From the sequence record NC_041973.1: DNA of 64,000 nt. One strand, given 5' to 3'. The notes beneath the pieces were generated by a model, which was given only the letters and a program-made list of their open reading frames with translations, did not search any database and had not been told where the DNA came from. The position numbers and the translations under genes are program-made. Of this stretch, positions 18,324 through 27,864 are shown one piece after another. Each line of letters starts with the position of its first letter. Positions within the stretch are counted from its first letter, which is position 1.

Positions 18324-20291
18324 ATGCAAAGCTATCATTGGCGTGATCTGTTGTCGATGTCTGAGGAGCAGATTTGGCAACTTGATCCTGCAATCAACAA
18401 CCCAATCATTGAAGTGGTGGCAGAGGATGCCACCTTCAAGATTCCTGCCCGACAGGTTATCGGTAGCTGGTATTGCTGGCCGTTTCAAAAGCTCTATCGC
18501 AACATGGTGTTGTGTAAGCGTCATTTCATCACAGCGTTTCGTCTGTCGAACAAAACCATCCTGGGGATCATGACCAACGGTTATCGTGATTATGATGCGA
18601 TGATGAACGGCACTATCTTAGATGTCGTGGCATTAAACAGCTTGATTGCGAAAACGGCGAACCGCATTAACAATGCGTTTGTCACCAAGATCCCAGAGTA
18701 TGTCACGACCTCGGGCATGAAGCAGTATATTGAAATCGTGGATGACCCTGAGTTTAAAGCGATTCGTGATGCAATGGAACCTAACCAGAACTCGATTCGT
18801 GATGGTTATGATGCGTCACTCAAACTGCTGATGGACCCGAAGAAGTATGTCGGTAATCAGGTGGCGGAGTATGTGAAGCAAGGATCAGCATCAGCAGGCC
18901 AGGCATTACAATGTCTGGTGGTGCGTGGTTATCTGACTGACCATAACTCGCGTATCTTTGTTAAGCCGGTCATGGGTAACTATGTCGAAGGGCTGGGTAA
19001 GTTCTACGACTCGTTCGTGGAATCACGCTCAGCAACCAAAGCGGCGTTGTTTACCAAGAAACCCCTGGAAGACTCCGAATGGTTTAACCGTAAAATGCAG
19101 CTGGTTGCACAAGCGGTGCAGAAGATCCATCTGGGGGAGGATTGTGGGTCGACGATAACAGTGCCTATTGTTATGCGTCGTGGCTGGGCAAGTGCGATGG
19201 CCGGTACGTATTATCTGGATGATGATGGATCGTACAAAATGATCACGGAAGAGGACAAGCATCTGGAGAACCGGTTACTCAATATCCGCTCTCCGATGTA
19301 TTGTAATCATCCTGACCGTACCGGTATCTGTGAGCGGTGTTATGGGAAGTTAGCGGTATCCATTCCGTACTTCAATGTCGAAGGGAAAGTTGGGGATAAC
19401 CAGGTGATCGTGGGGCACGTCAGTGCAACGGAAATCGGTGAGGATCTCTCACAGAAGATGCTGTCAACCAAACACCTGGATACGTCCTCGACGGTAGATC
19501 CGTTTGCTATTCGTCGTGCCGATGCGTTGTATGTGAAACCAGGCTTGCGTGAAAACGCCATTCGCCTGAATCCACGTCTGCGTAATGAAAAGGTCACGAT
19601 GAAGGTATCTTTCGACAAAACTACCGCATTATCTGATATCGCAGTTGCCGAAAACTTAGATGAAGTAGCAACGCGTGTTTCCGGTTTCAATGAGATCGTG
19701 CTGGAGTTTGAGCGTGAAGATGGGGGTAAAGAGTCTATCCCAATCAACACCACCCAGGGTTCTCGTCAGGGTCAATTCACTGTCGACTTCCTGCGTTACT
19801 TGCAGCGCGTAAGCTGGACGAGTGCGGACAAAGATTATATCTCTATCCGTCTGGATCAATTTGAATATGATTGCGATGTGGTTGAATTGCCGTTAGTGCA
19901 TGAAGACATGATGGCGTATCAGAAACAGATTGAATCCTACATCCGTTTCAGTAAGGAATCAGCGAATTGGAAAAACAAGTTTGTCACGCCGGATGAAGTG
20001 GGTGTGGTACTGGATGAGTTCTTCTCGTTACTGCGTCAGCGTTTGGGTGTGAACATTGTTCATGCACAGATCATGCTGTATTCAGTGATGACCATGGACC
20101 CAGCCAAAGGCGACTATCGTCTTCCGCGGGCGTATGAACCACGGCAGTTCTCTTCCTATCACGAATGTATCGAGTACCGTTCTCTCTCGGTCCAGCTCGT
20201 GTATCAGGAACAGGCTGCGGTGATGCTGAAGCCGTCCACTTTCCTCAATGACAAACGACAACCGCACCCGATGGATGAAATCTTCAAATAA
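18324..20291 (+). CDS. rpoC: non-virion RNA polymerase beta' subunit, C-terminal half (phiKZ gp74-like)
   Basis: Bridge-helix-like SRSATKAAL..SEWFNRKM, Zn motif RSPMYC..CERCYG, and trigger-loop-like SATEIGEDLSQKMLSTKH. Confidence 0.88.
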   Translation: MQSYHWRDLLSMSEEQIWQLDPAINNPIIEVVAEDATFKIPARQVIGSWYCWPFQKLYRNMVLCKRHFITAFRLSNKTILGIMTNGYRDYDAMMNGTILDVVALNSLIAKTANRINNAFVTKIPEYVTTSGMKQYIEIVDDPEFKAIRDAMEPNQNSIRDGYDASLKLLMDPKKYVGNQVAEYVKQGSASAGQALQCLVVRGYLTDHNSRIFVKPVMGNYVEGLGKFYDSFVESRSATKAALFTKKPLEDSEWFNRKMQLVAQAVQKIHLGEDCGSTITVPIVMRRGWASAMAGTYYLDDDGSYKMITEEDKHLENRLLNIRSPMYCNHPDRTGICERCYGKLAVSIPYFNVEGKVGDNQVIVGHVSATEIGEDLSQKMLSTKHLDTSSTVDPFAIRRADALYVKPGLRENAIRLNPRLRNEKVTMKVSFDKTTALSDIAVAENLDEVATRVSGFNEIVLEFEREDGGKESIPINTTQGSRQGQFTVDFLRYLQRVSWTSADKDYISIRLDQFEYDCDVVELPLVHEDMMAYQKQIESYIRFSKESANWKNKFVTPDEVGVVLDEFFSLLRQRLGVNIVHAQIMLYSVMTMDPAKGDYRLPRAYEPRQFSSYHECIEYRSLSVQLVYQEQAAVMLKPSTFLNDKRQPHPMDEIFK

Positions 20292-20305
20292 GTAAGAGGT
20301 TGGCG

Positions 20306-21853
20306 ATGCGCAATACTGCGACAATCACTATCAATAGTCACGGCTTTACAGTCTCTGATTATAATAGTGAGTTCTACGAGAAGTTGAAGTTGTATTGCGC
20401 TCGTTTTGTCAAAACAAAAATGGTCTCTAAGGTCGTCCATGGACGGAGGATCTTGGCTAAAGAAAATGACCGTGTTTTTGCGAGCGCTCTAAGCAACCGT
20501 CGAGAGATCCGCTTTCACATCAACTGCTATGAAGAGTTCAAACGTCATATGCAGCAGTGGGGATATAATGTCTCCCGCTTTAAGGAAGTGCGAACACCAA
20601 TTCCAGAAGGCAAAGATGCTAACTTCGAATTCAAGTTCGAAGGTGTGCAGCCCCGTGAGCATCAAGTGGAATGGTTGGAGTACCAGTTAAATAAAGACCA
20701 GGGTGAAGTCACCACAAAGATCAATACCTTGCAAACCGGTAAGGGGAAGAGCTTCTGTGGTATTTACAACATGGTCAAGCTGGGAAAAGTAACGGTCATT
20801 GTCATCATGCCAAAATACATTAATACGTGGATTGTGGCGCTGAATGACTTTGTCAAGTTAGGTGAGAATGACATCATGGTGGTGCAAGGCTCAGGTGAAC
20901 TCAACGGCTGCATGAAGTTGGCTGAAGAAGGTAAACTTGAATCCCGCATCATTATTATCAGTCTCCCCACCTTCCAATATTACATGTCGGAGTATGAAGA
21001 TAACAACGGCGTGATGACGCATTACAACTACACACCTGATCAATTCTGGGCAATGATCCAACCCGGGTTCCTCATTGTCGATGAAGGCCATGAGTCAATC
21101 CACGCGCTGTTCAAGTTCGACCTTTACACCCATGTCAAAAATAAACTGGTACTCTCGGCCACCCTTGAGGCGGATGACCAGTTTATTAACGACATGTACT
21201 TTGTCATCTACCCGAATAAAATCAGGTTCCGTGGTGGCGAGTATGATAAGTACATCGAAGCGATTGCCTTGATGTATGGACTGGTGAGTAATAAGAAGGT
21301 CAAGACCAAAGGCTTCGGCGGGACGTATAACCACGTCAAGTTTGAGCAAAGCATCATGAAAGACAAGCAGCTGTTGAAGACGTACCTTACGCTCATCAAC
21401 AAGGTGTTCTCCTTCTTCTTTATTAAAGTGAAGGAACCTGAACAACGCTGTCTCATTTATTGTGCCACGGTCGAGATGTGTTTGTACGTGACGGATTATC
21501 TGAGCACTATCCATGATACCCTGATCGTGCGTAAGTATACCCAGGAAGACCCGAAAGAATCGTTGTATGAATCTGACGTGAGTGTTTCGACACTGAAGTC
21601 AGCCGGTACCGGTGTGGATATCCCAGGACTCCGCACTTGCATCATGACGATCGCGATTGGGTCACGGCAAGCCAGTGATCAGGCATTGGGGCGACTGCGG
21701 CGGTTGAAAGACTACCCGGACACTATCCCGACGTTTGTTTACTTCGCCTGCACGGGTATCGAAGCACACATGAAATACCACAGCAAGAAACTCGAACTCT
21801 TCCCAGTGAAGACGTTGAGTCTGCGTGAGGTGAACAGCGGCTTCTCGTTATAA
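20306..21853 (+). CDS. superfamily 2 DExH helicase (phiKZ gp75-like)
   Basis: Walker A LQTGKGKS, VDEGH, SAT, AGTGVDIP and QALGRLRR. Confidence 0.9.
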   Translation: MRNTATITINSHGFTVSDYNSEFYEKLKLYCARFVKTKMVSKVVHGRRILAKENDRVFASALSNRREIRFHINCYEEFKRHMQQWGYNVSRFKEVRTPIPEGKDANFEFKFEGVQPREHQVEWLEYQLNKDQGEVTTKINTLQTGKGKSFCGIYNMVKLGKVTVIVIMPKYINTWIVALNDFVKLGENDIMVVQGSGELNGCMKLAEEGKLESRIIIISLPTFQYYMSEYEDNNGVMTHYNYTPDQFWAMIQPGFLIVDEGHESIHALFKFDLYTHVKNKLVLSATLEADDQFINDMYFVIYPNKIRFRGGEYDKYIEAIALMYGLVSNKKVKTKGFGGTYNHVKFEQSIMKDKQLLKTYLTLINKVFSFFFIKVKEPEQRCLIYCATVEMCLYVTDYLSTIHDTLIVRKYTQEDPKESLYESDVSVSTLKSAGTGVDIPGLRTCIMTIAIGSRQASDQALGRLRRLKDYPDTIPTFVYFACTGIEAHMKYHSKKLELFPVKTLSLREVNSGFSL

Positions 21854-21864
21854 ACTGACTGTGT

Positions 21865-21900
21865 AAAAGACCAGGGGGCTTACTCCTTGGTCTTTTATGC
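21865..21900 (+). terminator. hairpin plus TTATGC
   Basis: AAAAGACCAGGGG...CTCCTTGGTCTTTT then ATGC. Confidence 0.7.
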
Positions 21901-21937
21901 TTTCTTTCCTTTTCTTTTTGTTAAGGATACACAGCTT

Positions 21938-22264
21938 ATGAATGGTAACCGACCAGTAATGGTGATTGGCGGCATGGGGTTGAGTCCTGCATTGATTGAG
22001 CGCTTACGGCAGTTAGACGACCTGGAGATCAAGTTGGTGGCCGATGTGGCAATCAGCGATATCCTGGAGTTTGAACCGGGTTATGCTCGCGGCTTGGTTC
22101 AGGCGATTCAGCATCAGCAACAACGTGAGTGGAATCCCTTCCGGGAAAGCTACTGGGATAACTTCATTACCCTGCGACGTAAAGAAGTCAACGGACATAC
22201 CCGCATTCCTCCCAAGAAAGCCACCTGCAGCTCCCGTCGTAAGGGACGGAGGTTCAAGGGATGA
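21938..22264 (+). CDS. hypothetical protein with basic C-terminal tail
   Basis: AAGGA SD precedes ATG 21938; ends RRKGRRFKG. Confidence 0.65.
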   Translation: MNGNRPVMVIGGMGLSPALIERLRQLDDLEIKLVADVAISDILEFEPGYARGLVQAIQHQQQREWNPFRESYWDNFITLRRKEVNGHTRIPPKKATCSSRRKGRRFKG

Positions 22265-22584
22265 GCGAGATCGATTATCGTGCATTGAAGTATTGTGTCA
22301 CCAAGGTTAGTCGGCGTATCCGCGACGGGGATTCCCGTAACGCGTCACGTTGCCTCTTCCAGTATGTTGAGACGCACGCCGCATTACAAGACATGGCCGC
22401 CATTGATCGTCTTTTAGCACAGTGCCGAGAAAATAAGGTACCCCTAAAAGAGATCAACAAAGTCTCGTTACTGCGTGCATGCTCATGTTTACGCCCCCAC
22501 CTTACAGAGTATCAGTCGTGTATGGACCTGTGGCGCCAGGACATTAAAGCGGCGGGTATGGAAAACTTATTAATAGGATTGTGA
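22261..22584 (+). CDS. hypothetical protein
   Basis: ATGA coupling. Confidence 0.65.
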   Translation: MSEIDYRALKYCVTKVSRRIRDGDSRNASRCLFQYVETHAALQDMAAIDRLLAQCRENKVPLKEINKVSLLRACSCLRPHLTEYQSCMDLWRQDIKAAGMENLLIGL

Positions 22585-22585
22585 T

Positions 22586-22948
22586 ATGTCTGATTATTGT
22601 GCGGATATCTTTAAAGCGATCAGTTGCAAAACCCCCACCAAAGGCAGTGAACTCTACATCGATGATTTCGGTGATCTGTGGATGTTGATTCCCAAGCTTA
22701 ACCGCTTCGGTGAGCAGTCAGTGTTTCGTCAGTATGCCGGTAACCTTGCGTTGATGGCTGACCGCGGGCAGATGTATCAGGGTCAGTTATATGTGTGTGA
22801 GTTGATCCCGGGATATCACTTGGTGTTAACCAACCAAGCCGTGATGGTCAACCAATACAGCCTGGTGCAGTATGTGAAGACCCGTGCTGCGAAAGTGGAA
22901 GCGCGCTACCGTAAGAAACCCAAGCCGATGAGCCGAGCTTACGCGTAA
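22586..22948 (+). CDS. hypothetical protein
   Basis: AGGA SD, directly after the upstream stop. Confidence 0.65.
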   Translation: MSDYCADIFKAISCKTPTKGSELYIDDFGDLWMLIPKLNRFGEQSVFRQYAGNLALMADRGQMYQGQLYVCELIPGYHLVLTNQAVMVNQYSLVQYVKTRAAKVEARYRKKPKPMSRAYA

Positions 22949-22978
22949 GCAACCTGACTGACAAGAAAGGATAGACCT

Positions 22979-23488
22979 ATGTTCGAATGGTTCTCTGTGT
23001 TATTGATGAAGTGGTTGACCCGAAAGGAAAAGAAACACAACAGGACAGTGCGGGTAGAACCGGTGGTGTTTGAACCGCAACTCAAACCCACCCCGCAGCC
23101 GTTGAGTAACGCGTTAAAAGAAGAAGCGCAGCAGATTCGGGACACCCTGCTGTTTGAGTCGCCGTTGAATAAATCCCGACCGATCCCGACCAAACCCACC
23201 TTACGGGTAGTAAGACCCAGTACAAGCTCCTCACGCCCACACGGTAAGGCGAACGATGACAGCATGCTAACACATGCCTTATTGATGCAGCAGGTGTTAG
23301 CAGACGATACAGCGCCGTCTGATCGTCATCATCGTACCCATGCCCCTCAGGATAACCACCGCCATGAAGACCGACCCTCGTACCATTCCACGCCCACTCA
23401 TCATAGCAGTTCTAGTAGTAGTCGCGATGATGATAACGGGAGTAATGATTACAGTAGCGGACCTAGTGACAGCGGTTCGTCTGATTAA
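22979..23488 (+). CDS. hypothetical protein with His/Ser/Asp-rich disordered tail
   Basis: AAGGA SD; ends HHSSSSSSRDDDNGSNDYSSGPSDSGSSD. Confidence 0.7.
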   Translation: MFEWFSVLLMKWLTRKEKKHNRTVRVEPVVFEPQLKPTPQPLSNALKEEAQQIRDTLLFESPLNKSRPIPTKPTLRVVRPSTSSSRPHGKANDDSMLTHALLMQQVLADDTAPSDRHHRTHAPQDNHRHEDRPSYHSTPTHHSSSSSSRDDDNGSNDYSSGPSDSGSSD

Positions 23489-23527
23489 TACCCTCGATTA
23501 ACCTTACGTAATAAGGAACGCCTCACC

Positions 23528-24385
23528 ATGACAGATCCCCACCCCATTCTCGCCGCAGCCATCGGAGAGCCCCAGGATGACGATTGCTGGGATTTTCCGG
23601 GCGAGACTGTTGTTGGTCACGGCGACTTGATGTACACCAACATCCATAAGCCTCAGGCATTATGGAACGGTGTTATCCGGTCACTGCGAAAACGTTTCCT
23701 TACTGAACCATCAATTAACCAAAAGGATACTTGTATGACCGAGCAATACAAGCCATCGCCTGACACCGGCTACCAAAACCTTTTCTGTGAGCCCGATGTT
23801 CTCAACACAAACGACCGAATTTATCCCCGCAAGAGTCTGGTAGCCTTACTGGAGAAATTCCCCTCCGATAATTTTCGTGGAACACCCGCAGTTCGCTATC
23901 CTTTTATGCGCCGTCTGGCGGTGTTGTTTAAGATAGCGTTCTTACAGACCAGCCTTGACCAGAAAGCTTTATCCTTGAATACACGCCAGACCGGTAAACC
24001 ACGGATCACGCAACATTCATTAACTAGTATCTGTAATTTAATGCACCAGCTGCATTATGAGCTCAGAGAGCTTCAGTATCAGAACCCCAATCCGATTGAC
24101 CTGACCCGTTATGCAAGGCTGTTGAAGTGGGAAGCTGTAAAGACGGAAAAACCAGAGTGGCTTACATCCCTGGATGCAATTGAGTCACGCACCAAGTATA
24201 GCCGTCCGTTTGATGAAGATGTGGCGCATATGTACCTGAACCCCATAATGCCGATTCATAGACAAATTCAGGCGATGGAGCTTTTACCGGATTTGTTTGT
24301 GCCAACCAATCCTAAGTTCGGTAAAGCACTCACAGAACAACTCAACCGTGAAGCGCTGATTGCGCCACGCAAGCGCAGAGGTTAA
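23528..24385 (+). CDS. hypothetical protein
   Basis: AAGGA SD, 285 aa. A possible internal start lies near 23735. Confidence 0.65.
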   Translation: MTDPHPILAAAIGEPQDDDCWDFPGETVVGHGDLMYTNIHKPQALWNGVIRSLRKRFLTEPSINQKDTCMTEQYKPSPDTGYQNLFCEPDVLNTNDRIYPRKSLVALLEKFPSDNFRGTPAVRYPFMRRLAVLFKIAFLQTSLDQKALSLNTRQTGKPRITQHSLTSICNLMHQLHYELRELQYQNPNPIDLTRYARLLKWEAVKTEKPEWLTSLDAIESRTKYSRPFDEDVAHMYLNPIMPIHRQIQAMELLPDLFVPTNPKFGKALTEQLNREALIAPRKRRG

Positions 24386-24387
24386 TC

Positions 24388-25527
24388 ATGGCACTGGATC
24401 AAGAGTATTATGAAAAGGCATTGGGTGTCCTACTGACCAAAGGCTTCTCTAACCAAGAAGCTGACCAGATCGCCACCACGCTTTCGGTATATCTCCCGAT
24501 GCGTTTCATCAAAGCTGGTGTATGGGCACTCATGCCTTACGACCAGCATCCGGCTGATCCCCTGGCATTTAAACACATGCGGCTACTTGACCGTATCCCT
24601 GAGTTAAAGAAACCAGTGATCCTTCAAATGCCGACTGACTTTACTTACACCACGTATGGTCAGGAGTATTGCCCTGGTGCTGACTCGCCGGTATACACCA
24701 CAGGACCCGATGGCTATACACATCATCCGGTTGGTTGGGAAAGTGGCATTACTGGCATGCCAGGCGTAATGGGTCCGGCTGGGGATGACAATATTGAAGT
24801 CAGTGATCTGACCTGTGATCACCCCCAAAGCGATTTTAGACTATCGTTACCTGCCGAATCAATGGCTAGTCAGTTTACCGTTGTCATGCGGGTTGGTGGT
24901 AAGGCTATTAAAATGACGCTGGAAGAACTCATCCAGGAAATTGGAGGTTATGACAAACTTCCTGCTTCTGCACGTGCTGCGATTGATCGTGTCATGGAAG
25001 AGCATCGCAATGCCCCTGTAACTACTGTATCTGTGCGTACACCCTTACCAGGCGGAGTATCTCAGGATCAAGCTGACTATCTGAAACTGGGCGACCTCAG
25101 CGACATCGAAGGGATCAAACGGGCTTACCCGATCATCGACGAGAAAACAGCTGAACGGATGTCTAAGTTGCATTGTCAGCTTAATCAGCATATCGCGCGG
25201 GTTCATCGTGAGCCGAGAGACGTTGAGGTATTTGATCTGCTTGCGGGCGATCACTCTCAGCGGATATTCCAATCTCGTCATGCTAAACGTCAGTACCCAA
25301 ACAGTTTGTTTGAGAAGTTCCTGCCGGATCAAGCAGACATCGATGAACCCGAGGGCATGACTGTTAAAATCAAAACTCACAGCATACGTCACTTCGGTCA
25401 CGGTCTTGAAATTAGCACGCCGTTGTTTGGTCAATCCCACAAAAACCCTACGGGACCACAAACCATGCCGGGGCTTGAGAAAGGCCGTGATGGTAAACGT
25501 AAACGTAATAAGAAGGGCAGACGATGA
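24388..25527 (+). CDS. hypothetical protein with short GXY run and basic tail
   Basis: GITGMPGVMGPAGDD; ends KRKRNKKGRR. Confidence 0.7.
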   Translation: MALDQEYYEKALGVLLTKGFSNQEADQIATTLSVYLPMRFIKAGVWALMPYDQHPADPLAFKHMRLLDRIPELKKPVILQMPTDFTYTTYGQEYCPGADSPVYTTGPDGYTHHPVGWESGITGMPGVMGPAGDDNIEVSDLTCDHPQSDFRLSLPAESMASQFTVVMRVGGKAIKMTLEELIQEIGGYDKLPASARAAIDRVMEEHRNAPVTTVSVRTPLPGGVSQDQADYLKLGDLSDIEGIKRAYPIIDEKTAERMSKLHCQLNQHIARVHREPRDVEVFDLLAGDHSQRIFQSRHAKRQYPNSLFEKFLPDQADIDEPEGMTVKIKTHSIRHFGHGLEISTPLFGQSHKNPTGPQTMPGLEKGRDGKRKRNKKGRR

Positions 25528-26297
25528 TCGATCGCAGTTTTGAAGGTGGCTGGGAGTCTATACTGCAATGGCATGGGTTTGCTGATCGTGCTAAACAGGG
25601 GCTGTCTGAGCACTTTGTTATCGTGGATTACGGAACCCTGGCAGAGGCCGCCGCTTTTGAGCAATTGACAGCGCTGGCGGAGAAAGTGAAGTATGTCTCA
25701 GTCGAGCGAGTTAAAGCCGTTGACTTTACCCCGACGCTTGTACGTACGCTACATGAACGTGAACATGGCTGGCATTACTGTCATGTCATGGGGCGATGTG
25801 GTTACGGCGGCCACGGGATAATGATCGGTGCTAATGGCGGCTGGACAGGCGCGCACGGCGGTGCAGGTGATGCAGGCCCGCCCTCAACACCTGATGATGG
25901 CTCGATACTATACCAGACAGATTACAGTAGTCTCGGTATCCAGGACCGAGGATTTACTACACTGCAAGACATGATGGAAAACGCCAGCCCTTACGATTAC
26001 CCTCGGGAGATTCGTATAGTAGGGGATCGGCATGACCCGGATGTCAAAGCGTTAACGCAGGCAGTGATAAAGCTTGTTGGGCGTCGAGCTATCAAAGTAG
26101 TTAACATACCGCATGCCGACATGATGTATAGACCCGGCCCGCACCGAACGTATAACCTCGCGCCGGAGAAATACCGGGAGCGATTTGACATTGCTTATAA
26201 ACAAGCATTAGAAAATCTCAACAAGGCGGCCATCCTGCCGTATGCCCGTGGACCATTGCAGTCTGTTCTGGCATCAAAGCGCAAGAAACACTTTTAA
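25524..26297 (+). CDS. hypothetical protein
   Basis: ATGA coupling; ends KRKKHF. Confidence 0.7.
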   Translation: MIDRSFEGGWESILQWHGFADRAKQGLSEHFVIVDYGTLAEAAAFEQLTALAEKVKYVSVERVKAVDFTPTLVRTLHEREHGWHYCHVMGRCGYGGHGIMIGANGGWTGAHGGAGDAGPPSTPDDGSILYQTDYSSLGIQDRGFTTLQDMMENASPYDYPREIRIVGDRHDPDVKALTQAVIKLVGRRAIKVVNIPHADMMYRPGPHRTYNLAPEKYRERFDIAYKQALENLNKAAILPYARGPLQSVLASKRKKHF

Positions 26298-26324
26298 TCA
26301 GTTCCCCTCAACAGGAGAGTAACC

Positions 26325-26630
26325 ATGTGTAACATGCGATCGGATTGGTTTGTAGAAGACGAACCGTCCATGAAGGAAAGTGATCCGCATTTCGACAATA
26401 AAGCAATGGATGGCTTGATGGCAAAGATCCGTGACTTTGTTAAAGAGAGTGATGCGGCGACCTATGTCCCGCAAGCCCTGTTTGGCGAAGCCGGTAAAGT
26501 TAACCTGTCCAAAGTGGCAGCAGTAACCCGTCCGGTCGATCACCTCATTACCCTGAACCCAGTGGCCAATGACGGTGATGTGTATCTGGACTTCGCGCGA
26601 GGGAAGCGGCGTGGATACAAACCCCACTGA
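26325..26630 (+). CDS. hypothetical protein
   Basis: AGGAG SD. Confidence 0.7.
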   Translation: MCNMRSDWFVEDEPSMKESDPHFDNKAMDGLMAKIRDFVKESDAATYVPQALFGEAGKVNLSKVAAVTRPVDHLITLNPVANDGDVYLDFARGKRRGYKPH

Positions 26631-26841
26631 AGTTAACATCGAGCAGGCCAATCGTTATGAGGGGTCTACCGATGATTTGGTCCAGCAAGCTAATGATCGT
26701 GGTTTTCTCCAGGGGATTCGTATCACTTCTGGCGAGGACATCGATCCAAGCATTTGGACACCTGAGAAGATCGAAAAGTTGAAAGCTGCACTTCGACATA
26801 TTCGTGACTCAGAACAACGCATCAAAGGTAGCCAGGGGTAA
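26611..26841 (+). CDS. hypothetical protein (start uncertain)
   Basis: In-frame GTG at 26611 after GAGGG is preferred over 26569. A terminator follows. Confidence 0.55.
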   Translation: MDTNPTEVNIEQANRYEGSTDDLVQQANDRGFLQGIRITSGEDIDPSIWTPEKIEKLKAALRHIRDSEQRIKGSQG

Positions 26842-26859
26842 CACCCTGGCTTTATGCCG
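26831..26859 (+). terminator. hairpin plus TTATGCCG
   Basis: GCCAGGG..CCCTGGC then TTTATGCCG. Confidence 0.7.
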
Positions 26860-26879
26860 GTTTAACGAGGACGTGTAAC

Positions 26880-27335
26880 ATGGAATCGAGCGGTTTGATT
26901 ACGCTGGCAATGGTCTTTTTAACCTTCGTCATTGGGTTATGTTGTTGGCTGACGCGTTTCATACGCTATCACACCAACCGCTACACCGTTGACACCAAGA
27001 AGGCGTTAAAGCAATTTGCCTGTAAGCTTGAAAGAGTACTGGATGTCCCGCAGCCGTATTCGCTGGCACAAAGCGAAATGACAAGGCTGGATAATGAACT
27101 GAACGCTTCTCTCTTCCTCTTTGAAGAGATCACAGGGAAGATCCACGATGAAACCAGTCGACTGTACCTGGAGTCAAGTTTCATGGTGGTGCGCGGCACT
27201 CAACACGATACCCCGATTCGTATCTGTGTGGCGAACACAATCTTCAGCCTGTCAACGACTAACCACAATCACCACAGCGTCATGAAGGTCATCAACGACT
27301 TTAATAACCGCTTGGCTAAAATTGTAGAAAGTTAA
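26880..27335 (+). CDS. membrane-anchored hypothetical protein
   Basis: GAGGA SD; N-terminal TM LITLAMVFLTFVIGLCCWL. Confidence 0.7.
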   Translation: MESSGLITLAMVFLTFVIGLCCWLTRFIRYHTNRYTVDTKKALKQFACKLERVLDVPQPYSLAQSEMTRLDNELNASLFLFEEITGKIHDETSRLYLESSFMVVRGTQHDTPIRICVANTIFSLSTTNHNHHSVMKVINDFNNRLAKIVES

Positions 27336-27339
27336 GCAC

Positions 27340-27374
27340 AGAAAAACTCAGACCTATATCACGCCCGTGATAGA
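27340..27374 (+). promoter_or_regulatory. class I candidate phage promoter
   Basis: AGAAAAACTCAGACCTATATCAC-GCCCG-TGATAGA. Confidence 0.7.
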
Positions 27375-27410
27375 CCCCTCAACCCCCATTAATCTTAAGT
27401 GAGTTCAATC

Positions 27411-27851
27411 ATGAAATACGTTTACACTATTATCGCTGTTCTTGGTTTCTCTTTTGCGTCTGTTGCAGTTGCTGCAGATCAAACCAAAGTGGTGAAAGGT
27501 TGGTACGCCGAATACAACACGGCTTCGGTCCTGTATTCTGCTGGGCCAAAGAAAGGACAAGAATTGACCATGGAATGTGTATTAGGTGGTTGGACGTTTG
27601 CGTATGCAGACAAGATGGGCGAGGAAGTAAACTCGGTCGATGATGACATGACAATCCTGGTCGACGGTGCAGCGTTTGCTGTGCCGAAGACTCAGGGTCA
27701 GCGTGAGAAGTTATACGCCGCCATTCAGCACGCTAAGAGTGGTATTCAATACAAGACCCACGCCTATGGTGTGTCGGTAGTATTCCCAGTGGATGGCTTG
27801 GCCGAGATGTTTCGTGACCTGCCGTTTGAAGTCAGCCCGTGCATGAGCTAA
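27411..27851 (+). CDS. exported (Sec signal peptide) hypothetical protein
   Basis: MKYVYTIIAVLGFSFASVAVAA-DQ has a basic n-region, hydrophobic core and AxA site. Confidence 0.7.
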   Translation: MKYVYTIIAVLGFSFASVAVAADQTKVVKGWYAEYNTASVLYSAGPKKGQELTMECVLGGWTFAYADKMGEEVNSVDDDMTILVDGAAFAVPKTQGQREKLYAAIQHAKSGIQYKTHAYGVSVVFPVDGLAEMFRDLPFEVSPCMS

Positions 27852-27864
27852 AAGGAAAACAATT

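Noticed and set aside
16202-21853. Group I intron, HNH or intein in the nvRNAP or helicase genes (phiKZ gp71-73 is intron-split)
   Set aside because: The ORFs are continuous, of expected size, and show no intein or homing endonuclease motifs.
24740-25885. Collagen-like GXY runs in 24388..25527 and 25524..26297
   Set aside because: Only 4-5 triplets each, too short to support a triple helix.
26569-26630. Possible +1 frameshift at AAA CCC CAC TGA joining 26325 and 26569
   Set aside because: An in-frame GTG at 26611 with a GAGGG SD explains the downstream ORF, and the site is not a canonical shift motif.
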